Source: an uncultured Bacillota bacterium (GTDB lineage Bacteria > Sysuimicrobiota > Sysuimicrobiia > Sysuimicrobiales > Segetimicrobiaceae). Taken from it: a DNA stretch of 64,000 bases. This document shows positions 38,790 through 47,637 of the stretch, piece by piece; the first letter of the stretch is position 1, and the number at the start of each line of letters is the position of its first letter. The position numbers were made by a program, and so were the translations under genes. Under the pieces are notes generated by a model, which saw only the letters and a program-made list of their open reading frames with translations, had not been told where the DNA came from and did not search any database. The stretch lies in contig CAWDRG010000019.1 of assembly GCA_963804645.1 (NCBI GenBank), positions 96,001-160,000 of the forward strand, in the 5' to 3' direction.

Positions 38790-39305
38790 TCAGAATTTGA
38801 ACGTCGGCGGGAGCGTCGGCGCCGTCGGCGCCGGCGCGTTCATGCCCGGAGGCGGGGCTCCCGGGAATCCGGGAATCTGGGGGCCGCCGTACGGCTGCAT
38901 GAAGAAGAACTCCGGATTCTGATCGCCCTGCGGCGGCCGGAGCTGATAGAGCCGCCCCTGATAGTAGAAGAGAATCTGGTTGCAATCCTGGCCGCCGCCT
39001 GGCGCGGACTGTCCGGGTCCGACGTTATTCCCCCCGGCGCCCGGGGACTGCGGTCCCGGGCCGAAGCTGTTCCCGTGGTCGGGAGGCGGCGGGACAGGGA
39101 CGAACTCCCGCGGCGGTGTCGGGTTCTCAAATGGCCCTTGCGCCTGGACCGGCCGCACGGCGAGCGGCGCTCCGGTGCGCGCCTCGGAGACCGCGAGCCC
39201 CGCGTGCCAGCCGCCGACCGCTGCGGCGCCTCCAAGCGCGGCCAGGCTCACGCCCGATCCCACGACGATTCCTAGGGCGAGCACCTTCAGGGTCCGACCG
39301 TCCAT
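38790..39305 (-). CDS. Proline/glycine-rich exported hypothetical protein
   Basis: GAGGAGG RBS, N-terminal hydrophobic segment. Confidence 0.65.
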   Translation of the reverse strand: MDGRTLKVLALGIVVGSGVSLAALGGAAAVGGWHAGLAVSEARTGAPLAVRPVQAQGPFENPTPPREFVPVPPPPDHGNSFGPGPQSPGAGGNNVGPGQSAPGGGQDCNQILFYYQGRLYQLRPPQGDQNPEFFFMQPYGGPQIPGFPGAPPPGMNAPAPTAPTLPPTFKF

Positions 39306-39613
39306 CGCGGTCCTCCTCGCGAGCGAGCCTCTAACGCCGATGGTAGCACACGCCGAATGGGTTTCCTAGGCGTCCGCGCGGCGGTCGCTCTGTGATGCGC
39401 GTCCGTCCGGCGCCGCGACCACTCGGCGTTCGCCGCTACGCTTCGGGACCCCGGGCGGCGCTCCTTCTTGCACCGCGGCTCGAACTGCGCATCCACCGGC
39501 GGCGCGCGCGTGACGGGCGCGATTCGATGGGGCCGATGTCTCTTCGGTTTGGGAAAAGGGGCACGTTAGAAGTGTGCGAACCACACTTGGGGGGTACGGA
39601 GAGGAGCGGGAGC

Positions 39614-40114
39614 GTGGACAATCGGGAGGTAGAGGCGCTGGCAGCACGGCTGGCGGTGGTGGAGCGTCGATTTCGCACGGCGACGGTAGTGTGGCTCGGG
39701 ATCGTCATCGCGGTGATCGGACTCTCGATTGGCGCGCAGCGGGCGTTCTCGCAGACGCAGGCGGTGCAGACGCGGGAACTGGATATCGTCGACGGGAGCG
39801 GGCGGACCCGCATCGCGCTCGCGTTGAGCACCAACGGCAATCCCGGGATGTGGGTGTACGACGCCAACGGGAAGACGCGAGCCTTCTTTGGCCTCTCGGG
39901 CGCGACGCAGCCGACGCCGACGTTGAGCCTCAGCGACCCGAACGAGCGGACGCGCGCATTCATTGGATTTGGGACGACCGGCGAGTCCACCCCGCAGGTG
40001 GATCTCAGTGATCCCCAAGGCGTGCAGCGCCTGTACATGGGGTGGAACACGGCCGAGAAGCCTTGGTTCTCCGTGTCCGACGAGTCCGGCAAGACCATGT
40101 GGTCCCAGCCGTAG
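39614..40114 (+). CDS. Membrane-anchored hypothetical protein with DxxGxxR repeats
   Basis: GAGGAG RBS, one TM, repeated D-x-x-G/E-x-T-R units. Confidence 0.65.
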   Translation: MDNREVEALAARLAVVERRFRTATVVWLGIVIAVIGLSIGAQRAFSQTQAVQTRELDIVDGSGRTRIALALSTNGNPGMWVYDANGKTRAFFGLSGATQPTPTLSLSDPNERTRAFIGFGTTGESTPQVDLSDPQGVQRLYMGWNTAEKPWFSVSDESGKTMWSQP

Positions 40115-40191
40115 CCGCTCTGCGCTGCGCCCGCGGTCCCGTCAGCGACGAACCGCAGCGCGGGGCCGCGGCGATAGTGCGCACGACGGCG

Positions 40192-42414
40192 CTACGGCGC
40201 GCCGTCGCGGCGCGCGAGCGCGGCCGCCTGCGCCAGGCCTGATCGCGTGAATACCATCACGAGGCTGGGCGTCACGTGCTTCACGGCGCCCGTGGGCAGC
40301 TGCAGCGTGATGGTCATCGAATAGGGGAACAGTGTGCGGGCCGCGTACGGCCCGAACCGCGCGGCGATCGGCTTCAGGTCTTCGGGCGCACCCAAGATGG
40401 CGACGCCAACGTGGCTTCCGGGCACGGGCCCGAGCCAACTGTTTGCGTGCGTCCACACGCCGGAGTCCGGAGCCGGCCCCGGCTCCGTGCATCCCCAGTC
40501 CGGCAGGAGGCCCTCCCGCTGCACGGCGGGGACGCTGATCGGGGCCGTGGCCCCGGGTCCCGCAGTGTACCGCGCGGCGGCGGAGATCAGCGCGGAGAAC
40601 TGGGCGAGGAACCCCTGCTGCCGCATCTCCTCGGGGGTGGGGATCGGCGCAGCGCGGAGCCGCGCGAGCGGCACCTGATAGACGGTCACCCCGCCGGTGT
40701 GGATCGCCGCGGCGTTCAGCGGTGCGAACAGCTCGCTCCAGCGGCCGGGAGTCCCGTCCACCACGACGATCGCGTTCACGCCGGCGTTTGCGAGGAACGC
40801 CTCGAGCTGACGCTTGTGGTCCGGAATGAGCGTCCCGCAGGTTAGTGAATCCGAGATCGGCCACCGGATAAACTCCCAGGCAAACGGCCCCGTGTAGGCG
40901 GCGGCCAGCCGGAAGTACAGCCGCGATTGTGCCTGCCAGAGCAGGGTCTGACTCGCGCCCCCATAGGGGATGACGAGCAGATTGTCGTTCAGCACCACGT
41001 ACTTCCGATACAACCCGTCGGTGATAAACGCCGGTGTCTCGAGGGACGAGATCCAGCGGGCCGGCGGGACGTTCGGGAGCGTCGCGGCGACGGCGGCGAG
41101 CACCAGGGCCCACCTGCCCCACGCGCGGGGCCGCGTCGCGGCCGCCAGCCAGATCGCGGTCGAGACCGCGGCGATCAGGGAGACGTACATCATGAAGCGT
41201 GCCGGCAGCGCCAGCCTGACGAGCGGCAGATGGAGCAGTGCCTGTCCGATCGGCAGGGGGACGTTCGCGCCGGCGATCCGTGCCGACGGGCCCAACGCGG
41301 CGAGGCCGATGAACGCCATCGACAGCAGCAGGAACGCTCCGCTCGCCGTGCGCCACCGCTCCCACGCGAAGAGCGCGAGGACGATGAGCAGCGGGATGCC
41401 CAGGTACGTGCCGGCTTCCGTGACGTTGCCGGAGAACTCGGGGGGCGGTCCACTCAGCAGCCGGCTGCTCAGGCTGACGTCAGTGGGGGTCACGACGTTG
41501 AGCAGATTCGCGGAGTAGTATGTGGGATCCACGCCCGACAGCTGCGGGGAGCCGTGCGCGAACGCGTACGCGAGATAGGGGCTCAAGAGCGCGAGCGCGG
41601 CGAGATACGCGGCGCCGATGAGCCACGCGGTGTTCAGAAGGTGCGGTCGCTTCGCCCGCGGCGCGACGAGCAGGGCGAATGCGATCGCGACCGCCCCGAA
41701 GAGGGTGAGTGTCGCGAACACCTCCGTGGAGGTCAGGAACTGGAGCATGAACAGTCCCGCGAGCGCCGCCGCGAACCACTGGGGTCGGATCTGGTCTTCA
41801 AGACGCAGCACGACGACGTAGACGGTGAGCGGTACCAGGCACGTCACGACGAGGTTCAGGTGTCCGCCGACGAGATGCGCGAGCTCATAGGAAGAAAATC
41901 CGAAGAGATAGCCCGCCGCGAGCGCCGGCCAGAACGCGCCGGTGACGTGCCGGCACAGGAGATACGCCGTCCACGCCGCGAGCGCCGGAGCCAGCAGGAC
42001 AGCGACGTTGTACGCGACGGCCGGGCCGGCCAGCAGCGTCACGGGGGACATGAGCAGGCTCACGCCGGGCACGGACGTACGCCACGCGATGATCATGCCG
42101 GTCGGAGTCCACACCGCATGGGTGATGAGCGGATTGAGCCCGTGCGTGAGGGCGAAGGGCCACCATGCGAGGAACCACATGAACAACACCGCGTCGGTGC
42201 CGAGGCGCCCGACGTACGCGTGGGCCGCGCGCGGGAGCAGCGCAGCGCCGAAGAAGCCTACCGAGAGGAGGAGGTACGCTAGGAACGCGATCGCCGCATC
42301 ACGGGGCGCGCGGCGCCGACGCGCGCGATCGCCTCGGTGTTCGTGTGCCGGGACCATCGAGTCCTCTGCGCGGAGTTGCACGTCGGACGCATCGCTGTCG
42401 TTGCGTGCGGACAT
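40192..42414 (-). CDS. Polytopic membrane protein, probable GT-C fold glycosyltransferase (YfhO-like)
   Basis: Many TM helices, YNVAVLL, GYLFGFSSY, GHLNL, RLALPARF. Confidence 0.65.
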   Translation of the reverse strand: MSARNDSDASDVQLRAEDSMVPAHEHRGDRARRRRAPRDAAIAFLAYLLLSVGFFGAALLPRAAHAYVGRLGTDAVLFMWFLAWWPFALTHGLNPLITHAVWTPTGMIIAWRTSVPGVSLLMSPVTLLAGPAVAYNVAVLLAPALAAWTAYLLCRHVTGAFWPALAAGYLFGFSSYELAHLVGGHLNLVVTCLVPLTVYVVVLRLEDQIRPQWFAAALAGLFMLQFLTSTEVFATLTLFGAVAIAFALLVAPRAKRPHLLNTAWLIGAAYLAALALLSPYLAYAFAHGSPQLSGVDPTYYSANLLNVVTPTDVSLSSRLLSGPPPEFSGNVTEAGTYLGIPLLIVLALFAWERWRTASGAFLLLSMAFIGLAALGPSARIAGANVPLPIGQALLHLPLVRLALPARFMMYVSLIAAVSTAIWLAAATRPRAWGRWALVLAAVAATLPNVPPARWISSLETPAFITDGLYRKYVVLNDNLLVIPYGGASQTLLWQAQSRLYFRLAAAYTGPFAWEFIRWPISDSLTCGTLIPDHKRQLEAFLANAGVNAIVVVDGTPGRWSELFAPLNAAAIHTGGVTVYQVPLARLRAAPIPTPEEMRQQGFLAQFSALISAAARYTAGPGATAPISVPAVQREGLLPDWGCTEPGPAPDSGVWTHANSWLGPVPGSHVGVAILGAPEDLKPIAARFGPYAARTLFPYSMTITLQLPTGAVKHVTPSLVMVFTRSGLAQAAALARRDGAP

Positions 42415-42559
42415 CCTACCCGAGGTTTTCTTCGGACGATGGGCGGACCCTCTTCAGCGCGCGTCTCACACGCCCGGCGGCCGAGATCCCGCTGGAGTAT
42501 AGTCGGACTACGGCGATGCCCAGGGCACCGTCGGGCAACATCGGAGGGACATTGGAGAC

Positions 42560-43129
42560 ATGACGCGGCGATTGATCGTGTTCAATCAGGTATCGCTCGA
42601 CGGCTATTTCGTGGATCGGAACGGCGACATGAGCTGGGCCCACAAGCCGGCGGGCGATGCCGAGTGGGACGCCTTCGTCGCGGGCAATGCGACGGGCGGC
42701 GGCGAGTTGCTGTTTGGCCGGGTGACCTACGAGATGATGGCGGCGTTCTGGCCGAGCGCGCAGGCGATTGCGCGATTGCCGGTGGTGGCCGACGGGATGA
42801 ATCGGGCGCCGAAGGTCGTGTTTTCACGCACCCTGGACCGGGTAGCCTGGAACAATACGAGGCTGGTCAAGGCCGATCTCGCGGCTGAAATCCGCCGGAT
42901 GAAGCACGAACCCGGACCGACTATGGTGATTTTGGGAAGCGGCACGCTCATCTCGCAGCTAGCGCAGGAGGGCCTGATCGACGAGTTCCAGATCGTCGTG
43001 GTTCCCGTCGCGCTCGGCAGCGGACGGACCCTGTTCGACGGTATCACCACGACGCTGAGCTTCACGCTGACGAATACACGGAGATTCCGAAACGGCAATG
43101 TGTTGCTGTACTACGCGCCGACCCCGTGA
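42560..43129 (+). CDS. Dihydrofolate reductase family (RibD C-terminal) protein
   Basis: VSLDGYF, LFGRVTYE, KVVFSRTL, GSGTL, GLIDE. Confidence 0.9.
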   Translation: MTRRLIVFNQVSLDGYFVDRNGDMSWAHKPAGDAEWDAFVAGNATGGGELLFGRVTYEMMAAFWPSAQAIARLPVVADGMNRAPKVVFSRTLDRVAWNNTRLVKADLAAEIRRMKHEPGPTMVILGSGTLISQLAQEGLIDEFQIVVVPVALGSGRTLFDGITTTLSFTLTNTRRFRNGNVLLYYAPTP

Positions 43130-43274
43130 AGTCTGCCGAGCCGTCGCGACCGGTCGGACTACCCGCCGTGCCGTTTCGTTAGATAGGCACGCAGTGCGGA
43201 CTGGCCGCGCGGCGAGGTCCAGTAGTGGTTCCACTGCCCTGAGAGCCTGGCTTATCGCGGACCCGTGACGGAAT

Positions 43275-43350
43275 TGGTGGGCCGTGCAGGACTTGAACCT
43301 GCAACCTTGGGATTAAGAGTCCCCTGCACTGCCAGTTGTGCTAACGGCCC
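43275..43350 (-). tRNA. tRNA-Lys (CTT)
   Basis: Reverse-complement cloverleaf, anticodon loop CT-CTT-AA, encoded CCA. Confidence 0.95.
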
Positions 43351-43404
43351 CGCTTCATTCTAGCAGAGGGTGAAGAGAGTGGGAAGGGGAGATCCCTCGC
43401 GGCG

Positions 43405-43433
43405 TTGACGCATGCGGCGGCCGCACGTAGAAT
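43405..43433 (+). promoter_or_regulatory. Sigma70-type promoter for tRNA-Leu
   Basis: TTGACG-N17-TAGAAT. Confidence 0.7.
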
Positions 43434-43445
43434 CGAATCACGGCG

Positions 43446-43535
43446 GCGGGCGTGGCGGAATCCGGCAGACGCGCCAGGCTTAGGACCTGGTGGACCGTGA
43501 GGTTCGTGGGGGTTCAAATCCCTCCGCCCGCACCA
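43446..43535 (+). tRNA. tRNA-Leu (TAG)
   Basis: Anticodon arm CCAGG-CT-TAG-GA-CCTGG, long variable arm, encoded CCA. Confidence 0.95.
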
Positions 43536-43583
43536 CCGTGCGCCGCATCGGCGGGTGCCGATGCGGTCGGACCGGGGAGGGCG

Positions 43584-43949
43584 ATGATGATCGAGATCGA
43601 CTGGCAGTATCATCGGCGGGGCTGAGCGACATGCGCCAAGGCCCAGGCGTGTCTTGGGCGGCACCGCGCCGTGGCACGGGTGCAGGTCGACGCGACGCGC
43701 CAGGCGATCGTCGGCAACGCGGCGCTGGCGGTGGTGGATGGGATGCACGACCTCTACTCGGTGCGCGCAGGACGGGTGGTGCATGTGGACCTGCGCGGCG
43801 GCAGACCGTCCCGCGCAGACCTGCGGCGGCTGCTGCTCGGTCCCACCGGTCGGCTGCGCGCGCCGACGCTGCGGGTGGGCCGCACGGTCGTCGTCGGCTA
43901 CGACGCGGTGCTGTTCGAGCGCGTGCTTGCCGCGGGTTCCTCGCGCTGA
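43584..43949 (+). CDS. ArsC family selenoprotein (UxxC), in-frame TGA at 43623
   Basis: GGGGAGG RBS; MMIEIDWQYHRRG-U-ATCAKAQ...LLGPTGRLRAPTLRVGRTVVVGYD; hairpin after the TGA. Confidence 0.85.
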
Positions 43950-44078
43950 TACGCCCGTGCGCGCCTTGACGCCCGCGCGGCGCCCCGTGTATACTGCGAG
44001 CAGGTCGTGGCCTCGGCGGTGTGCCCGTCGAGGCCTTCGTCCGTCCTTATCCCCCGACGTATGGAGGAGTGGCGGCTC

Positions 44079-45395
44079 ATGAAGGTGGCGGTGCGCACCG
44101 AACCCGGGAGCCGGGCGGTGCTGGAGATCGAGGTTCCGGAGGACGTCGTGGCGCGCGCGATGGACCGGGCGTACGCCGCGCTCGTCCGGCAGGTCAACGT
44201 GCCCGGGTTCCGGCGCGGCAAGGCGCCGCGCGCGATCCTCGAGCGGCACGTCGGGACCGAGGCGATTCGAGAAGAAGCCCTCCGGCGGCTCATCCCCGAG
44301 CAGTACTCCGAGGCGGTGACGCAGTCGGGGATTTCTCCGATCGCCAGCCCGTCGGTGGACATTCAGGAGGCCGAGGACGGGAAGGGGCTGCGGTTGACCG
44401 CGACGGTGGATGTCTACCCGGAGGTCACCGTTCCCGACTACCGCACCCTGCACGTCGACCGCGAGGCGCATCCCGTGACCGACGAGGACGTGGACCGCGC
44501 GTTCGACGACCTGCGGGCCCGCCAGGGCCGCCTGGTCACGGTCGCGGAGCCGGCGCAGCGCGGGGATTTCGTGCTCGTGACGGTCGTGGCCGCGCCCGCC
44601 GGGCTAGAACGGATGCAGGCGGGGAAGGAGTTACTGGTAGAGGTGGGCGGCGGGCTCCTTCCGGCCGAGGTCGAGGCGGCGCTCGAGGGCGCATGCGCCG
44701 GCGAGGAGCGGACGGCACCGGTGGCGTCCGGCGAGGGCGACGTGACGGTGCGCGTCACCGACGTGCGTCGAAAGGAACTGCCCCCTCTGGACGACGAGTT
44801 CGCACGCAAGGTGTCGGATCAAACGACGCTCGCCGCCCTGCGCGACGGGGTGCGCGCCCAGATCAGCCGGGAGCGCGAGGAGCGGGAACTGAGTGCGCTG
44901 CAGGACCGCGTCGTCGACGCGGTGCTGGCGCAGACCACGATGGAGCTGCCGGAGAGTTTGGTGGAGCACGAGATCGAGCACGTCCTGGAAGATGTGAGCG
45001 GGCGACTGCAGTCGCGGGGGATGACGCTCGAGGCGTATCTGCGCAGCGTCAACAAGGACGAGGCGGCGTTTCGTGCTGAGGTGCGGCCGCGCGCGGAGCG
45101 CCGGGTTCGCGTCCGCGTGCTGCTCGAAGCGGTGACCGAGCGCGAGGGGTTGACGGCGAGTGAGGAGGAGATGGCCGACGAGGTCAAGAAACTCGCGGCC
45201 GAACTCCAGCAGGATGTGCCGAACGTTGAGAAGTGGCTGGACGAGGGGGGCCGCCGCGACGGGATGCGGGCGGGTCTGCTCCGCCGCAAGGCGGTGGACA
45301 CCCTCGTCGAGGCCGTAGCGGGTGCGGCGCCGGCGCCGCGGGCCGACGAACCCGCCGCGGAGCCCGCGGCCGCGACGCCTCCGGCCTCAGAGTAG
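44079..45395 (+). CDS. tig: Trigger factor
   Basis: [10 protein letters not shown] ribosome-binding motif, LPPLDDEFA; upstream of clpP. Confidence 0.93.
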   Translation: MKVAVRTEPGSRAVLEIEVPEDVVARAMDRAYAALVRQVNVPGFRRGKAPRAILERHVGTEAIREEALRRLIPEQYSEAVTQSGISPIASPSVDIQEAEDGKGLRLTATVDVYPEVTVPDYRTLHVDREAHPVTDEDVDRAFDDLRARQGRLVTVAEPAQRGDFVLVTVVAAPAGLERMQAGKELLVEVGGGLLPAEVEAALEGACAGEERTAPVASGEGDVTVRVTDVRRKELPPLDDEFARKVSDQTTLAALRDGVRAQISREREERELSALQDRVVDAVLAQTTMELPESLVEHEIEHVLEDVSGRLQSRGMTLEAYLRSVNKDEAAFRAEVRPRAERRVRVRVLLEAVTEREGLTASEEEMADEVKKLAAELQQDVPNVEKWLDEGGRRDGMRAGLLRRKAVDTLVEAVAGAAPAPRADEPAAEPAAATPPASE

Positions 45396-45453
45396 CCGCG
45401 GTCGGGACGGATCGACGGCGGATCGGGCGACAGCCAGGGAAGGGAGCACGCGC

Positions 45454-46053
45454 GTGTACTATATGCCGATCGTAGTGGAGCAGACGGCTCGCGGCGAGCG
45501 GGCGTACGATATCTATTCTCGCCTGCTGCGGGAGCGGCTGATCTTTATCGGGGGCGCGATCGAGGACGAGATGGCCAACCTGATCATCGCCCAGATGTTG
45601 TACCTTGACTACGAGGACCCGGAGAAGGAAATCCAATTGTACGTAAACAGCCCCGGGGGCTCGGCGACCGCCGGACTCGCGATCTACGACACGATGCAGT
45701 TCCTGAAGTCGCCGGTGTCCACGATCTGCGTCGGGCTGGCCGCGAGCGCCGGGGCGATCATCCTGGCCGGCGGCACGAAGGGGCGGCGATTTGCGCTGCC
45801 GTATTCCCGGATGATGATCCACCAGCCGTGGGGGGGCGCGCAGGGGTCGGTGTCCGACATTACCATCCAGACAAAGGAATTCCTCGCGATCCGGCAAATC
45901 CTGGATGAGATCCTCGCGTCGCACACGGGGCAACCGCTCGAGCGGGTGCAGAAAGACACCGATCGCAACTTCTGGATGAGCGCGCCGGAAGCGCAGGAGT
46001 ACGGGCTGATCGACGACGTCATTAAGCCGCGGAGTGGGAATCGGCCGCAGTGA
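45454..46053 (+). CDS. clpP: ATP-dependent Clp protease proteolytic subunit
   Basis: [30 protein letters not shown]. Confidence 0.96.
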   Translation: MYYMPIVVEQTARGERAYDIYSRLLRERLIFIGGAIEDEMANLIIAQMLYLDYEDPEKEIQLYVNSPGGSATAGLAIYDTMQFLKSPVSTICVGLAASAGAIILAGGTKGRRFALPYSRMMIHQPWGGAQGSVSDITIQTKEFLAIRQILDEILASHTGQPLERVQKDTDRNFWMSAPEAQEYGLIDDVIKPRSGNRPQ

Positions 46054-46086
46054 CGACGCGAGAGACACGCGGAGAGCCAACCAGCG

Positions 46087-47361
46087 ATGTTTAAGACCGG
46101 GGACGATCGGGACCGCCTCAAGTGCTCGTTCTGTGGGAAGACCCAGGAGCAGGTGCGCAAGCTTGTCGCCGGGCCAGGCGTCTACATCTGTGACGAGTGC
46201 ATCGAGCTCTGCAACGAGATCATCGAGGAAGAACTGGCCGCGGGCCCGCACGGGCACGCGAAGCCGCGCACCGTCCCCAAGCCCCACGAGATCTATCAGA
46301 CCCTCTGCCAGTACGTGATCGGCCAGGAGCACGCGAAGAAAGCGCTGGCCGTCGCGGTCTACAACCATTACAAGCGGATCGGCTCCCACTCGAAGCGGTC
46401 GCCCGAGGTCGAGCTGCAGAAGAGCAACATCATGTTGATCGGCCCGACCGGGTGCGGGAAGACGCTGCTGGCACAAACACTCGCGCGGATCCTGGATGTG
46501 CCGTTCGCGATCGCCGACGCCACGTCGCTCACCGAAGCGGGGTATGTCGGCGAAGACGTCGAGAACATTCTGCTGCGCCTGATTCAGGCGGCCGACTACG
46601 ACGTGAAGCGCGCCGAGCGGGGGATCGTGTACATCGACGAAGTGGACAAGATCGCCCGGAAGTCCGAAAACCCGTCGATCACGCGCGACGTGTCCGGCGA
46701 GGGGGTGCAGCAGGCGCTGCTGAAGATCCTCGAGGGCACCACCGCCAACGTGCCGCCGCAGGGGGGCCGCAAGCACCCCCACCAGGAGTTCATCCAGATC
46801 GATACCACGAATATCCTTTTCGTCTGCGGCGGAGCCTTTGACGGTCTCGACCGGATCATCGAGTCGCGCGTGCGCGTCGCCAGCATCGGGTTCGGGGCGA
46901 AGGTGGAGGCGAAGCGCGAGCACCGCATCGGCGAGCTGCTGGCGCAAGTCATGCCGCAGGATCTGCTGCGGTACGGGCTGATCCCGGAGTTCATCGGCCG
47001 GCTGCCGGTCGTCGTGCCCCTCGAGCCGTTGACCGAATCGGACCTCGTGACGATCCTGGTGGAGCCGCGGAACGCGCTCGTGCGCCAGTATCAGAAGATT
47101 CTCGAGATGGACGGCGCGGAACTGAGCGTCGGCGACGACGCGCTTCGGGCGATCGCGCGTGAGGCGATGACCCGGAACACCGGCGCCCGGGGGCTGCGCA
47201 CGATTATCGAAGAGATCATGCTGAACATCATGTACGAGATCCCGTCGCGGGGAGACGTCAAGCGAGTCATCGTGACGCGGGAGACGGTGGAAAAGCACAC
47301 CGAGCCGCTGCTGCTGACGGCCGGCGATCTCAAGAGAATGCCGAAGGAGAAACCCGCCTGA
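46087..47361 (+). CDS. clpX: ATP-dependent Clp protease ATP-binding subunit ClpX
   Basis: CSFCGK zinc finger, [11 protein letters not shown] loop, TGARGLR. Confidence 0.98.
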   Translation: MFKTGDDRDRLKCSFCGKTQEQVRKLVAGPGVYICDECIELCNEIIEEELAAGPHGHAKPRTVPKPHEIYQTLCQYVIGQEHAKKALAVAVYNHYKRIGSHSKRSPEVELQKSNIMLIGPTGCGKTLLAQTLARILDVPFAIADATSLTEAGYVGEDVENILLRLIQAADYDVKRAERGIVYIDEVDKIARKSENPSITRDVSGEGVQQALLKILEGTTANVPPQGGRKHPHQEFIQIDTTNILFVCGGAFDGLDRIIESRVRVASIGFGAKVEAKREHRIGELLAQVMPQDLLRYGLIPEFIGRLPVVVPLEPLTESDLVTILVEPRNALVRQYQKILEMDGAELSVGDDALRAIAREAMTRNTGARGLRTIIEEIMLNIMYEIPSRGDVKRVIVTRETVEKHTEPLLLTAGDLKRMPKEKPA

Positions 47362-47398
47362 GCGACCCGTGGCGCGCGGAGACGGTGTTCCTTGGATT

Positions 47399-47433
47399 CG
47401 AAGAAGCCTGCGGTGCAGGCTTCTTCGCTTTTT
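47399..47433 (+). terminator. Intrinsic terminator after clpX
   Basis: CGAAGAAGCCTGC-GGT-GCAGGCTTCTTCG followed by CTTTTT. Confidence 0.8.
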
Positions 47434-47637
47434 GGGGTGCCCGGGGCCGGGCGGAACTCCCCGGGGGACGGCGGCGCTCGGAGGGGCAGGAATTAGACCG
47501 TGCCTTCTGAGCGTATATAGATGGAGACAGGAATGGTGAGCGCCCGCTCACGCCCGAACGGTCGATCGGCGCCGGACCCGGCGCCCGGTAGCGAAGCGGC
47601 GTTCTAGGGGAGGCTCCCCCTCCCAAGGAGGTCGTCG

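Noticed and set aside
43130..43350. tRNA-Lys or tRNA-His as an integration site for an island
   Set aside because: No tyrosine or serine integrase and no duplicated tRNA 3' end found by eye.
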